A stretch of DNA of 59,085 bases from an uncultured Devosia sp. (GCA_964428685.1 CAYRZM010000318.1:1-59085); one strand, 5' to 3'; positions 17,679 through 27,683 are shown, counted from the stretch's first letter. Made by a program: numbers and translations. The notes: generated by a model from the letters alone, not told the origin.

Positions 17679-19091
17679 TCAGTTGGCGAAACCGGCGAGA
17701 ATGTCCCCGGCCCTCCCAAGGATTTCAGGAAGCTTAGCGCGAAAGTCCTGCATCAAGCGGACCACCGCAATCTGCTCTGACGGTAGCCCCGGTAAGAACG
17801 TCTCGTGTGCCTCCCAGGCGGACACTTCCGGCTGTGGCTTACCGGCAGGATAGGCAGTCAGAAGGTACTGCACGCGAAATGTCACCGGTTTGTCCGGGTT
17901 GGTTTCGCCCTTCGTCACGTGGTGCACCAGGTCGACCCTACCAACAAGCTGAACCATACCGCGTCGGCTCTGGATTCGAGTTGAAAACTGCAGTCGGCGA
18001 CCGGTGAAGTTTCGCCCAGCTGGGCCATCAACAGAAAACCCTCCGAGGCCAGAAATCGCACCACTTGGAGAAACCGCTCCGACGCCATTCGCGACTAAGT
18101 CATCGCGGATTTGCACCACGACCTTACGGACCGTCCCGTATATACGGTCTGTGTCGGTTTTGACGCGCTCTCGACGAAGGTTAGAAGCGGTCATGTCAGC
18201 GCGGTGCGCTTCCGTCATGCTGCTCAATCTGTCAGCGATCTCCGTTAGGTTCAGCGGTGCCGTCTCGAGCTGTATCGCACCTCGTTCGAGCCATCTTGTA
18301 AGCTCCGCGCCGACCACGTCCATTGACGGCCTGACGGTGGGATTTTCGTCCGTCATTGAATCGATCAAGGCGTCGAGTGGCACGGCGGCTTCACCAGTCC
18401 AAGCCGAGATCGTCATCGGGGGCCGATACCTGTCGTGCCGACCCGGGTTTGGGTAATTTTGTCCCGTCGCGAGTTTCCAAAGAAGTTTAGCTAGTGAGTA
18501 GACGTCAGCGGCCCGCCCGTCCGCGTTTGCCGGCGAATTGAGCATCTCCGGCGCGATGTAAAATGTGGGCCCGAGTTTCTTGTCATTCGGCGTCAGGGAC
18601 GCACTTTCCGCGTGGTCCACAAGCCCGAAGTCGCCGAGGTACCACTTGCCCTCAAGCCTAAATATGTTCTCTGGTTTGATATCGCGGTGAGAGTACCCGC
18701 GCGCATGCAGGGAGGCCAGCGTTGATGCAAGGCTTCTGCAAACCTGCACTATCGCCTGAAGACTATCGAGCTCGTTTGTCACGCGCGACAATGGTTCAGC
18801 CAACGGCATTGTGAACCATTGGACGGGTATGGTTGGGTCGATGTCGCTGTCGTAGATAGGCATAACCCCGGACAGGTCGGAACAACTGCGCATCGCTTGC
18901 ACTTCGCGAGCAAATCGAGCGGGTCCGTCGCCTTGAGTCCGGTGAAGGTATTTCAGGGCCGCGCGTCCGCCAATTCCGTCGTCGACTTCCCAGACAGCAC
19001 CGTTGCCCCCGCGGCCTCCCTCGAGGGGCCCGACGAGACTCCAAACTCCTAGATGATCGCCACGTTTCATAAGTGGCGGACTTAGCACCAT
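17679..19091 (-). CDS. Hanks-type Ser/Thr protein kinase with unknown C-terminal domain
   Basis: GRGGNGAVW, AALKYL, HRDIKPEN, DFG, APE, DVYSL; start 19091 or 19070. Confidence 0.9.
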   Translation of the reverse strand: MVLSPPLMKRGDHLGVWSLVGPLEGGRGGNGAVWEVDDGIGGRAALKYLHRTQGDGPARFAREVQAMRSCSDLSGVMPIYDSDIDPTIPVQWFTMPLAEPLSRVTNELDSLQAIVQVCRSLASTLASLHARGYSHRDIKPENIFRLEGKWYLGDFGLVDHAESASLTPNDKKLGPTFYIAPEMLNSPANADGRAADVYSLAKLLWKLATGQNYPNPGRHDRYRPPMTISAWTGEAAVPLDALIDSMTDENPTVRPSMDVVGAELTRWLERGAIQLETAPLNLTEIADRLSSMTEAHRADMTASNLRRERVKTDTDRIYGTVRKVVVQIRDDLVANGVGAVSPSGAISGLGGFSVDGPAGRNFTGRRLQFSTRIQSRRGMVQLVGRVDLVHHVTKGETNPDKPVTFRVQYLLTAYPAGKPQPEVSAWEAHETFLPGLPSEQIAVVRLMQDFRAKLPEILGRAGDILAGFAN

Positions 19092-19175
19092 CTTGCCCAG
19101 AGGGCGACGAGTGCGTTGCAGCAGGTTGGCCAACGCGCGCGTAACAACCCTGCTGCGCTCGTGACACACGTCTTC

Positions 19176-19199
19176 GTCCGCTTTGGACCAAGAGCGTAC
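19176..19199 (+). repeat. 24-bp 7-10-7 site, copy 2
   Basis: GTCCGCT-TTGGACCAAG-AGCGTAC. Confidence 0.7.
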
Positions 19200-19637
19200 G
19201 GCAAGGTCGGGAGCATCTTGCCCGATGCTCGAGACTAGGGACTCGTCGATGTCCGCCGGTCGGCGTGAAGCAAACGCAACTGTGGCGCACAATGAAGCTC
19301 GGCGACGAGGTCGAGAATAGGTGCTTCGGACTGAAGCCGCCGCGGCGCCCGATTCAGTTGATCGATCCCAAGCGGGCGAAACGGCCCGTCGATCGGCGAG
19401 GAGATGACGCCCGAGCTTCGCGCCGAGATGAAGGTGCGACGGCAGGGTCGCACGGCACCCCACCTCACAGAGATCGAACTTCTCCCACGGCGGTCCGGGG
19501 CGACGATCGATCGGCCTGTGGAGGGTAGCCTATTGCCGTAACTTTATGTTCCGGATATGTTCTCGAGATATACTGCTAGCGGCCACGATTGTGTGCCCAG
19601 GCGCGAACCTAGTTGCTTAGGCAATTCGGAGGAATGC

Positions 19638-20024
19638 ATGGCGAGGAACAACCGCGTTTTCATTTCCTTCGCTATTGAAGATCAGTGGGCAGCAATTCGG
19701 CTTGCCGGCCAAGGCAAGAATGAGCGGACGCCCTTTGAGTTCGTTGACATGTCAGTCAAGGAGCCTTGGAGCGAAGCCTGGAAGACGAAGTGTCGGACAC
19801 GCATTAAGGGCTGTGACGGCGTGATCGTCATGGTCACCACTAATACGGCCAAAGCGGACGGGGCATTATGGGAAATCCGTACCGCAAAGAGCGAGGGGCT
19901 CCCTGTTATTGGCATGTACGCCACGACCGACAATAGGCCTTGGAGTCTTCCGAGTGAGCTGTCGGGAGTGCGTGTCGTGGATTGGACCTGGCCGAACATA
20001 AAAGCGTTCATCGACCGGCTTTGA
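19638..20024 (+). CDS. TIR-domain protein (ThsB/MTH538-like)
   Basis: RVFISF...DMSVKEP...RIKGCDGVIVMV...LWEI; GGAGG RBS. Confidence 0.85.
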   Translation: MARNNRVFISFAIEDQWAAIRLAGQGKNERTPFEFVDMSVKEPWSEAWKTKCRTRIKGCDGVIVMVTTNTAKADGALWEIRTAKSEGLPVIGMYATTDNRPWSLPSELSGVRVVDWTWPNIKAFIDRL

Positions 20025-20028
20025 AAAA

Positions 20029-20994
20029 ATGGCCAGGCGGGCGCTGGTGGTTGGCATCAACCACTATGACAGTTTTGACGAACTGAAGGGGTGCATAACC
20101 GACGCTCGAGACATGCAGTCGGTGCTGGCTCGCAACGCCGACGAATCTCGGAACTTCGAGGTGGATCTTCGTACGAGCGACGGTCCTGAACGGATCACGA
20201 GACCGGTTCTGAGGCAGGCGTGCACGGAGCTTTTCGCGACCGTCGACGTCGATATTGTTTTCTACTTTGCCGGTCACGGCGCCTCGAGTGACGTAGAGAC
20301 ATACCTTGTTACTCAAGATGGGGAGCCTGGCGACTACGGCCTCCCGATGAGCGAGCTCGTAGAAAGGGCCAATCGATCGCCGGCGCGGACAGTTCTTATC
20401 GTCCTAGACTGCTGTTTTAGCGGCGCGGCGGGAAATCGACTAAGTCTCGATGCAGGGGTCGACGCCGCCTCACTTCGCGAAGGGGTAACGATCCTTGCGG
20501 CTTCACGAGGGACGCAAGAGGCCGACGAGATTGATGGCCACGGCGTTTTCACAGATCTTGTGGTTGGTGCCCTTAAGGGCGGAGCGGCGGACGTCCGTGG
20601 GCAGGTATCCGCCGCCGCAGTCTACGGCTACGTCGAATCTGCGCTCGGTTCGCTTGCGTCACGCCCCATTTACAAATCCCACGCCGCAAAACTTGGCCCT
20701 GTGAGGCTATGTCTACCGAAAGTGCCGGACAGCCTGCTCCGCGAAATCCCGATCTTCTTCCCCGTGGAGGGGCACGCCTACCGCATGGACATGAGCTACG
20801 AGGAAACAAACTACGGCCCCGCCGCTCCGGCGCATGTCGAGGTGTTTCGCAAGTTCAAGAAGCTGCAGGTTGCAGGGTTGCTCAAGCCAAAATTTGGGGA
20901 CGACCTCTACTGGACGGCCGCGCGGTCTGGCGTTGTTATGCTCACGGAACTCGGTGAGTTCTACCGACGCATATGCCTAGATGGGTTGATCTGA
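20029..20994 (+). CDS. Caspase-like protease (peptidase C14)
   Basis: RALVVGINHY, FYFAGHG and VLDCCFSG His/Cys dyad. Confidence 0.92.
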   Translation: MARRALVVGINHYDSFDELKGCITDARDMQSVLARNADESRNFEVDLRTSDGPERITRPVLRQACTELFATVDVDIVFYFAGHGASSDVETYLVTQDGEPGDYGLPMSELVERANRSPARTVLIVLDCCFSGAAGNRLSLDAGVDAASLREGVTILAASRGTQEADEIDGHGVFTDLVVGALKGGAADVRGQVSAAAVYGYVESALGSLASRPIYKSHAAKLGPVRLCLPKVPDSLLREIPIFFPVEGHAYRMDMSYEETNYGPAAPAHVEVFRKFKKLQVAGLLKPKFGDDLYWTAARSGVVMLTELGEFYRRICLDGLI

Positions 20995-21464
20995 TGATCG
21001 TTGGGATCACGGGCCATCAAAAGAGGCCGGAAATCGATTGGACTTCGGTCCAGACCCATCTTCTTGGGGTCATGGAGAAGCTGCATCCGACAAGCTCTAT
21101 CGGGTCGTTAGCCGCAGGCACCGATCAGGTGTTTGCGGCGGTAGCCCTGCAGGTCCGGTGCAGGCAAGTCGTCGTTCTGCCATTCGAGGGCTACGATGAG
21201 TTGCTCGAAGGTGACGCTCGACGGATGTTCAATTTTCTCTTGAGCAGGGCCGCTGAGATCAAGCGGTTGAATCTCAAACTCCCGGAGGAAGAAGCGTACA
21301 TGCTGGCAGGCCAGTACATCGTCGACAACTGCGACCTACTGATTGCGGTGTGGGATGGTAAGCCGGCAGCCGGGTTGGGTGGAACGGGCGATATCGTCGC
21401 CTACGCGAGAAGCAAGAACCGCGAAGTCACCGTCTTAGAACCACAACAGCTGGGCCATTCATAA
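20994..21464 (+). CDS. SLOG-superfamily protein
   Basis: IVGITGHQ...SLAAGTDQVFA...IVDNCDLLIAVWDG...GGTGDIVAYA; TGATG coupling. Confidence 0.8.
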   Translation: MIVGITGHQKRPEIDWTSVQTHLLGVMEKLHPTSSIGSLAAGTDQVFAAVALQVRCRQVVVLPFEGYDELLEGDARRMFNFLLSRAAEIKRLNLKLPEEEAYMLAGQYIVDNCDLLIAVWDGKPAAGLGGTGDIVAYARSKNREVTVLEPQQLGHS

Positions 21465-21480
21465 ATAGGAGGGCATTTTA

Positions 21481-21960
21481 TTGAAGATTTTTATCTCGCA
21501 CCAGCGAGCGGATTCGGACCTCGCGACCGCGATCGCCAGTCGACTTCGCGTGCATCATTCGATCGAGTGCTACCTCGATTTGATTGATCCGGATTCAAAA
21601 TCAAAGGGTGATGATCTTGGTGATCACATTCGCGGTGAACTCGCAAAGTGCACGCAGTTGATGGCGGTTGTTTCGAGCAACACCAAGAACTCGTGGTGGG
21701 TGCCGTGGGAGATCGGCGTTGCAACCGAGAAGGATCACCCCATCGCCACCTACGCGGGCGACAACACGACCCTGCCTGAATATTTGAAAAAATGGCCTTA
21801 CCTTCGAAGTAACACTGACCTCGACACTTATGCCCGCATCTCCAAGAACGCGGATCGAACCTTCACCGTTCAGAAGAACGCGTATGCGACAGACTCTGTG
21901 GCCAGAGATCGGAGCACGCGCGAGTTCTACCGCGATATGCGAGCCGCGCTCCGTCAATAG
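21481..21960 (+). CDS. TIR-domain protein
   Basis: KIFISHQRAD...SWWVPWEIGVA; TTG start after AGGAGG. Confidence 0.88.
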   Translation: MKIFISHQRADSDLATAIASRLRVHHSIECYLDLIDPDSKSKGDDLGDHIRGELAKCTQLMAVVSSNTKNSWWVPWEIGVATEKDHPIATYAGDNTTLPEYLKKWPYLRSNTDLDTYARISKNADRTFTVQKNAYATDSVARDRSTREFYRDMRAALRQ

Positions 21961-22055
21961 TGGACTGAGCTCTGGCGACCAAGTAGAATAGACTTCTATA
22001 AGAAGTGAAATTTCTCATTTGATTTGCGTCCACCAGAAAGGTGCATGAGAAGATC

Positions 22056-22448
22056 ATGGCAAACAAGAAGCGCGTTTTTGTGAGCTTCGACTACGACAAC
22101 GACGAGTTCTTGAAGACTGCTCTCGTCGGGCAAGCCAATCTCGAGGACAGCCCGTTTGAGCTCTCCGACTGGTCGATCAAAGAGCACATTGACGAAAAGT
22201 GGAAAGAGAAGGCGCGAACGCGAGTTCGTAGCGTCGACCTCGTGTGCGTCATCTGCGGCAAGAATACTAACACCGCCACAGGAGTGAGTGCGGAGCTCGA
22301 GATCGCTCAAGACGAGGGGAAGTCCTACTTTCTTCTCGCGGGATATGCCGATGGCGGCAATGTGAAACCAAAAGCCGCGAAATCCACTGACAAGCTCTAC
22401 AAATGGACGTGGGACAATCTCAAGTCTCTCATCGGGGGGTCTCGATGA
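22056..22448 (+). CDS. TIR-domain protein (ThsB/MTH538-like), homologue of 19638-20024
   Basis: RVFVSFDYDND...DWSIKE...GVSAELEIA. Confidence 0.88.
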   Translation: MANKKRVFVSFDYDNDEFLKTALVGQANLEDSPFELSDWSIKEHIDEKWKEKARTRVRSVDLVCVICGKNTNTATGVSAELEIAQDEGKSYFLLAGYADGGNVKPKAAKSTDKLYKWTWDNLKSLIGGSR

Positions 22449-23443
22449 AGCGGGCGCTCATCGTTGGGATTGATGACTACGGCGGCGCTGATTTCAACCT
22501 GGAGGGCTGCGTCGCCGACGCCGTGGCCATGGCCGAAAAACTCGGCGAGAACGGCAACGGGGACCCAAACTTCGACATCGTTTTGCACACGAGCAATGAA
22601 GGTCCGGTAACGACTGAACTGCTCGACGCGAGCGTGACAAAGCTATTCAAAAGTGGGGAGTGTGAAACGGCACTCTTCTATTTCGCCGGTCACGGAATGC
22701 TCGATGCCGAGACCAATCGCGGCTATCTCGTCACTCAGGACGGAAAGAAAGGTTCACCCGGTGTCAGTCTAGGCGATGTCATCGGGATGGCCAACGAAGC
22801 GCACAAAGAAGTCGGTTCAACGGTCGTCATCCTTGATTGCTGCCATGCAGGGTATCTTGGCGAGCTGCCAGGCCTTAACAACAGAGATGTCTCGGTGATC
22901 GGCAAAGGGGTGACCATCCTTGCCGCCGCCGATCGCAATCAAACGGCGGAAGAAGACCAGGGCCACGGTCTCTTCACGGGCATCGTGCTCGATGGTCTTG
23001 GCGGAAGTGCCGCAGACATTCTCGGGCGGATTACGCCTGCATCGCTGTACTCGCTGGTTGATCAAACTCTCGGCGGCTGGGAGCAGCGGCCTGTCTACAA
23101 GGCCAATGTGCAGACCTTCATAACATTGCGAGAGGTATCGCCGAAGGTGCCACGCGAGATGTTGCGCAGGCTAAAAGACTACTTTCCAACGCCCGGGCAC
23201 GTTTTCAGGGTCGACCCTAGTTTCGAGGAGGCCCGAGGCGAGTTCAGCGATCAGTTCAAAGACATCCCTGTCAACGAAGAGAACTTCAAGATCTTTCGGG
23301 AGATGCAGGCCTTTTACAAGGTCAACCTTGTCGTCCCTATCGACTATCCCTTCCCTTGGGACGCGGCGATGCACAGCACTGGCTTCAGGCTCACTGCACT
23401 CGGCGCGCACTTTCGTAAGCTCGCCGTCGCCAAGCGGTACTAG
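22445..23443 (+). CDS. Second caspase-like protease (peptidase C14)
   Basis: KRALIVGIDDY, FYFAGHG, ILDCCHAG; ATGA overlap with TIR. Confidence 0.92.
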   Translation: MKRALIVGIDDYGGADFNLEGCVADAVAMAEKLGENGNGDPNFDIVLHTSNEGPVTTELLDASVTKLFKSGECETALFYFAGHGMLDAETNRGYLVTQDGKKGSPGVSLGDVIGMANEAHKEVGSTVVILDCCHAGYLGELPGLNNRDVSVIGKGVTILAAADRNQTAEEDQGHGLFTGIVLDGLGGSAADILGRITPASLYSLVDQTLGGWEQRPVYKANVQTFITLREVSPKVPREMLRRLKDYFPTPGHVFRVDPSFEEARGEFSDQFKDIPVNEENFKIFREMQAFYKVNLVVPIDYPFPWDAAMHSTGFRLTALGAHFRKLAVAKRY

Positions 23444-23447
23444 GTCT

Positions 23448-24140
23448 TTAAGGTACAAGTCTCCGCCATCCAATCTCGATAGTCTCTAAGCTGGTGACGC
23501 GCGACAGCAACTGTGGCGTCACGGGCTCGTCGGTGCGGATCTGCTCTGCGGACATGAGGCTGCTTCTCGTCGTAATTGCGTAACACTTTGCATACAGGCC
23601 CGAGCAAATGATGCTCGCATTCTGAAGCTCAGGCGGTGCGGAGGAGAGGCCCGGAACGTAGTTAGTGACGAGGCGAACGCCGACACCGAAAGCGGCTGCC
23701 ATTCCATAACGTCCATTGGTCTGAAGCATCGCCGCTTCGAGTGCCAGCCTTGCTCCCGCAAGCTTCCCCTCTGTTTCTGGCATTTGGCTGAACAATGCAG
23801 GCCGGCGGACTAGTATGGTGGTCTGGGGTATCCAGCTGTCGAGCCGGCCGGTCGAGATGTTGGTTTTGGGGTTGGCCTCAAAGATCCGCCACTCGCCGGC
23901 GTAGATCGCGGCGTGGCTCCATTGCGAACCCAGTGTACCGTGCGCGTCCTGTGCCCTGCGTATAAGCCTTGTACCAGTGTCGGGCTGCAGCCTCTTCGCA
24001 AGTAGCAAATCGCCGACACGCAAAGCTTCGACGTTCGGCATGAAGCCGAATTGCTCTTGCTGGGGAGTAATCCGTGGGAGGTCCGCGATGCGATAGGTGT
24101 CTAGGACTTTGGCAGCGTCGATATTTGTCGGATCGAGCAT
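23448..24140 (-). CDS. Permuted papain-like NlpC/P60 (YiiX-like) protein
   Basis: GDLLL...WSHAAIY (His first)...ICSGL (Cys last). Confidence 0.7.
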   Translation of the reverse strand: MLDPTNIDAAKVLDTYRIADLPRITPQQEQFGFMPNVEALRVGDLLLAKRLQPDTGTRLIRRAQDAHGTLGSQWSHAAIYAGEWRIFEANPKTNISTGRLDSWIPQTTILVRRPALFSQMPETEGKLAGARLALEAAMLQTNGRYGMAAAFGVGVRLVTNYVPGLSSAPPELQNASIICSGLYAKCYAITTRSSLMSAEQIRTDEPVTPQLLSRVTSLETIEIGWRRLVP

Positions 24141-24163
24141 GAAAGGGCCTCAAGGCCCTCTTG

Positions 24164-24424
24164 TTAGCGTGGCCCGTCGAGCTTTAGAACGCGCAGCCCA
24201 CCGCTTTTTTCAGCGATGCGGCCCGAAACGGATCGGCCCTTTTTCACGCCGCGCGATACCTTTGGATCAGATAGGACTTCGCTTGTGAAAACCCCAACCT
24301 TCTTAGTCAGGTTGGCCGGCTTCGTGATCTCAACATATCCGAAGCCATCAGAGTCCACCCGCAGCACCGTACCCTCGAAATCCTCGTGGACCTCACCATT
24401 TGCAAGCTTTTCTATCGGTGCCAT
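24164..24424 (-). CDS. Small OB-fold/cold-shock-like protein
   Basis: FEGTVLRVDSDGFGYVEI; GGAGGG RBS. Confidence 0.55.
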   Translation of the reverse strand: MAPIEKLANGEVHEDFEGTVLRVDSDGFGYVEITKPANLTKKVGVFTSEVLSDPKVSRGVKKGRSVSGRIAEKSGGLRVLKLDGPR

Positions 24425-24562
24425 CGAGACCCTCCATGGTCAAGATCATGCGCACGGCTAAGCTAGGTCATGAATGGTGAAGTTTCAAGAAACTTGCTCT
24501 CTACCGCGCAGTAGAACTTGAGGCCAACATGAGCACCGCGCGCCGAACCGCACCATGGCAAT

Positions 24563-24586
24563 GTCCACTTTGGGCCAAGAGGGGTC
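24563..24586 (+). repeat. 24-bp 7-10-7 site, copy 3
   Basis: GTCCACT-TTGGGCCAAG-AGGGGTC. Confidence 0.65.
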
Positions 24587-24616
24587 ACCTCTCGGCCCTA
24601 TTAGGGGCGATACCAC

Positions 24617-24897
24617 CTACGGCGCCAGTGGAGCGACGTAATATCTACGGATGCCGTCCTCGCCCTTCTCGGAGATGACAGGAAAGCCCAACCGCTTCTT
24701 GACGGCAGCGGTCAGGAACGCCCGCGCCGAGTGCGGCTGCAACCGGTGGCGTCGGTGATCTCCTGGATGCTGGCGCCGTCCTGCCGGCGGAGTAGCTTGA
24801 GGACAGTGGCCTGCTTGGTCTCAGTCTTGGCGGCGGGCTGAGCTGCAGCCTTGGCTTTGCGGGTCTTGCGGGTGCGCGCGGTGATGGTCTTGGCCAT
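24617..24897 (-). pseudogene. DUF3489-like gene with a 1-nt frameshift
   Basis: MAKTITAR...TKQATVLKLLRRQDGASIQEITDATG; restoring one G gives WQPHSARAFLTAAVKKRLG...RRYYV. Confidence 0.75.
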
Positions 24898-25426
24898 TTG
24901 CCGATCTCCTTGTCGGTGAGCCGATGCGGAAGTGCCCGGCTTCAACAACAAGGCGCGGAAGTTCTCCGGGCAGCGCGATGCCAACCATGCTTACCAGCGG
25001 CCGACAGTCCAGCGCTTCCGCAGACCGAAGCTGGTCAGCCTTAATGAAGCCTGTGCCGCACCGAGCCGCGGTTTGAGTTTTCGGGGCGTTTTTGGGGGCC
25101 GCCGCTTTGTCCCGCGATAGTGGGAGGCCGCGGCGGCGCCAGTCGGGCCAACCCGCGGAAATGTCGCGCTCATCGCCGCACGGCAGTCTAGGCCTCGATG
25201 TCTAGTGGCCGAAAGCGCGCACTAAATAGCCTCGACATTCCGCAGGGTTACGACCCTACTGACAGTCGGTGCCACTGATCGCTGTTTCCTCTCGGCAGCC
25301 GCCGCCAGTCGAGCTATCCGTCTGGAACGTCGATCTCTTTCCCGGCGGCAGCGATTTCCGGGGATCTCCGGCCGATGAGGAGATGGCGGTACTGGCCCTC
25401 CCGTCGTACAAAATGAAACCATACCT

Positions 25427-25801
25427 TCAGTTTGCTGTCGCAACCCGGCGAAGGCTGCGGCGGAATCGACTTAGCCAGCGCCGTGCGCTCCCGTCGAGGA
25501 TGCTGTCATCCTCAAGAATCCACCACCAAGCTGTCTCGAACTGGATGAGCAGGTCGCTGATATCCTTTGCCGATTGCCGGGAGATCGCCTCGGCGATTGC
25601 CAGAGCTTCATCCACGGTGTCCGACCAGAGTTGATGCGCCGCAGCCGACGCATCGGGATCGCGCTTTTCGTCAATAGTCTGATACTCACGCCAGCGGCGG
25701 CCGACTCGTGTCCTGCATCTCGTGAAGGTAAGGGCCAGTGGCGAAAGGGGGCTCGTGGGGTCGACAGTGGCGCGGATGCGACGACGTGGATGTGGGGTCA
25801 T
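25427..25801 (-). CDS. Hypothetical protein
   Basis: ORF with plausible helical C-terminal half; no family recognised. Confidence 0.4.
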   Translation of the reverse strand: MTPHPRRRIRATVDPTSPLSPLALTFTRCRTRVGRRWREYQTIDEKRDPDASAAAHQLWSDTVDEALAIAEAISRQSAKDISDLLIQFETAWWWILEDDSILDGSARRWLSRFRRSLRRVATAN

Positions 25802-26005
25802 TGGTGCTCCCCGACGCTGGATGCTGCTCACCACCACAAGGGGGTTGAGCCGTCCGTAAAGTCTATATCGCGGTGAGAGGAGTGGATAACCCAGGTTGCT
25901 GCATGGGGCTCCGGCTCCGGGCTCCAGGACACTACGAAGCTCACGTTTTGTTGGAACACCTATCCCCCACGCGGTGGTGCCTTCTTAGTCTCCTCGATGG
26001 CCGAG

Positions 26006-26029
26006 GTCCGCTAAGCGCCAAGAGCTGAC
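26006..26029 (+). repeat. 24-bp 7-10-7 site, copy 4
   Basis: GTCCGCT-AAGCGCCAAG-AGCTGAC. Confidence 0.7.
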
Positions 26030-26074
26030 TTTGGGCCGCAATTGGCCCCCATGATGGGCTAGGTGGTCCGCAAG

Positions 26075-26407
26075 TCAGTTTGCGTAGAGCAGCACCCGCT
26101 CGCCAAGCTGCGGCTCTTCAGGCCGGATGTGTGAGAGCGGGCCCCAGACCGGACTCCAAGCGCCTTCGTCGCCGGTCAGCACGACGTCGGCGCCAAGCAT
26201 CATGCCGATAACGATCGCATAGCCGATGGCATAGGGAATCGCCAGCGATGCATCGGCCGCTAGTCGATGCTCATCCGTAAGCCACCGTTCGAGCTCGACC
26301 GGAATGTGCACTATCCCCAGGGGCTCTCCGCCGTCCCTGAGGCTAAGTTCCACGGTGATGGCGTTACTGGGAGGGCTGGCTGAATAGACAAAGACGCCGA
26401 CGGCCAT
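26075..26407 (-). CDS. Hypothetical protein at the end of the YcaO-TfuA gene string
   Basis: 110-aa ORF co-oriented with the cluster. Confidence 0.5.
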   Translation of the reverse strand: MAVGVFVYSASPPSNAITVELSLRDGGEPLGIVHIPVELERWLTDEHRLAADASLAIPYAIGYAIVIGMMLGADVVLTGDEGAWSPVWGPLSHIRPEEPQLGERVLLYAN

Positions 26408-26480
26408 AGTGCAGCACCGTTTGCGGAAGACTACGTTACCATCATCACATCTGGCGGTGCTTCGCCATCGGTAACTTGCC

Positions 26481-26942
26481 TCATGGCCGGAGCATTTCTG
26501 CTGTCACAAGGCGAACAAGATCCAGACCGCTTCGTGCACCGAATTTCGCAATGGCCCGCGTACGGTGCACTTCTACAGTGCGCCAGCTGATATTCAGCTC
26601 CCTGGCGATTTCTTTGGCGGTCAGGCCCCGGCACATCAGTTCGAGCACCTGCAACTCCCTTGGCGTGAAATGGTATTGGCTGATCCGCGAGGGGTCGAAG
26701 GGCACTGGCGGCCGATCCGGATTCTGCGTGTCGGATGAATCGCCGCCAGATGCGGAGCCGACAGCGGACTTCATCATATTGAGAACACGACGCTCGGCGG
26801 CGTTCGGCGAGGGCAACGGGGCGGGCTTGGCCCCTTCCCGGCGCACCATCTCGAGCATCTGGATCAGGAGATCGCACTGCTCGCGCGGCAGCGCGAGGAA
26901 CCCGTCGAGCAGCGCACCGATGTGTTCCGACGATTTGTCCAT
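26481..26942 (-). CDS. LuxR-type HTH regulator
   Basis: FTPRELQVLELMCRGLTAKEIARELNISWRTVEVHR; AGGAGG RBS. Confidence 0.85.
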   Translation of the reverse strand: MDKSSEHIGALLDGFLALPREQCDLLIQMLEMVRREGAKPAPLPSPNAAERRVLNMMKSAVGSASGGDSSDTQNPDRPPVPFDPSRISQYHFTPRELQVLELMCRGLTAKEIARELNISWRTVEVHRTRAIAKFGARSGLDLVRLVTAEMLRP

Positions 26943-26987
26943 GGGTCGTAACCTCCTGGTCACCACCCAAAGCACAGGCTGCGTGAG

Positions 26988-27683
26988 TCAGGCGTGAGTC
27001 TGTGCGCGCTGCTCCCAGAACCTCGAGGTCAGGAAACTCCACCCCCTCGGGCACGGCGCGCGCTCGTCGGGAAGGTCGGCCACGGCGTCCAGAAGAGCCG
27101 CCGCATCGACCCCCTTGGCGTCGACTCGGTGGTCGACGTAGAGCCGTTGAAGGGTCGCCACCGGCGAGGGCCACGCGAAAAGCGCCGTCACTGTGCGTTC
27201 GGAAAAGTGAATGCAGTGGGCGTAGCCCAACATCTGCCTGGCATCGTCAGCCTCAATGAGGTGCAGATTCAGCAGCCGCTCGGCGGTCGCGGCCACGTTG
27301 ACGATGGGCTCGGTAAGCGGCCGATAGTGTCCATCAGCGGCATCGTGGAGCAATGCGACGTCGGCGTCGTCGACCAGCGCGCCGGACGCATAGCCTTGCG
27401 CGATGCGCCCAACGGGCACCATTCCAAACATCTCGCACTCGGCCGCCCGAAGCGCGCCCATAGAGGCGGCGCCGAGCACGCGCACGCCTTTCGAGAGCGC
27501 GTAGAGAATTTCCTTGTGCCAGACCGAGCCAGCCTGCTGGAACAGGCCGTCGATCAGCCCCACGACGTTGGCCCCCTCGTCCGTGGCCGCTTCCAGATCT
27601 CCCTGAGCTGCCGGACCGCGAAGGACGATGCCCGCGGGAACCGGTGCTCCGTTCAGCGAGGGCCCCGCAAACACGACCTTCAT
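26988..27683 (-). CDS. TfuA-like protein
   Basis: VFAGPSL...GPAAQGDL...GLIDG...VWHKEIL...GAASMGALRAAEC...DADVAL. Confidence 0.92.
   Translation of the reverse strand: MKVVFAGPSLNGAPVPAGIVLRGPAAQGDLEAATDEGANVVGLIDGLFQQAGSVWHKEILYALSKGVRVLGAASMGALRAAECEMFGMVPVGRIAQGYASGALVDDADVALLHDAADGHYRPLTEPIVNVAATAERLLNLHLIEADDARQMLGYAHCIHFSERTVTALFAWPSPVATLQRLYVDHRVDAKGVDAAALLDAVADLPDERAPCPRGWSFLTSRFWEQRAQTHA

Noticed and set aside
19251-19275. Further degenerate copies of the 24-bp site (also ~25197 and ~42534-42660)
   Set aside because: Wrong spacer length or too many mismatches to count without a PWM scan
19092-19463. N-terminal extension of the kinase ORF
   Set aside because: No recognisable domain and it crosses a repeat site; the kinase domain begins near 19070
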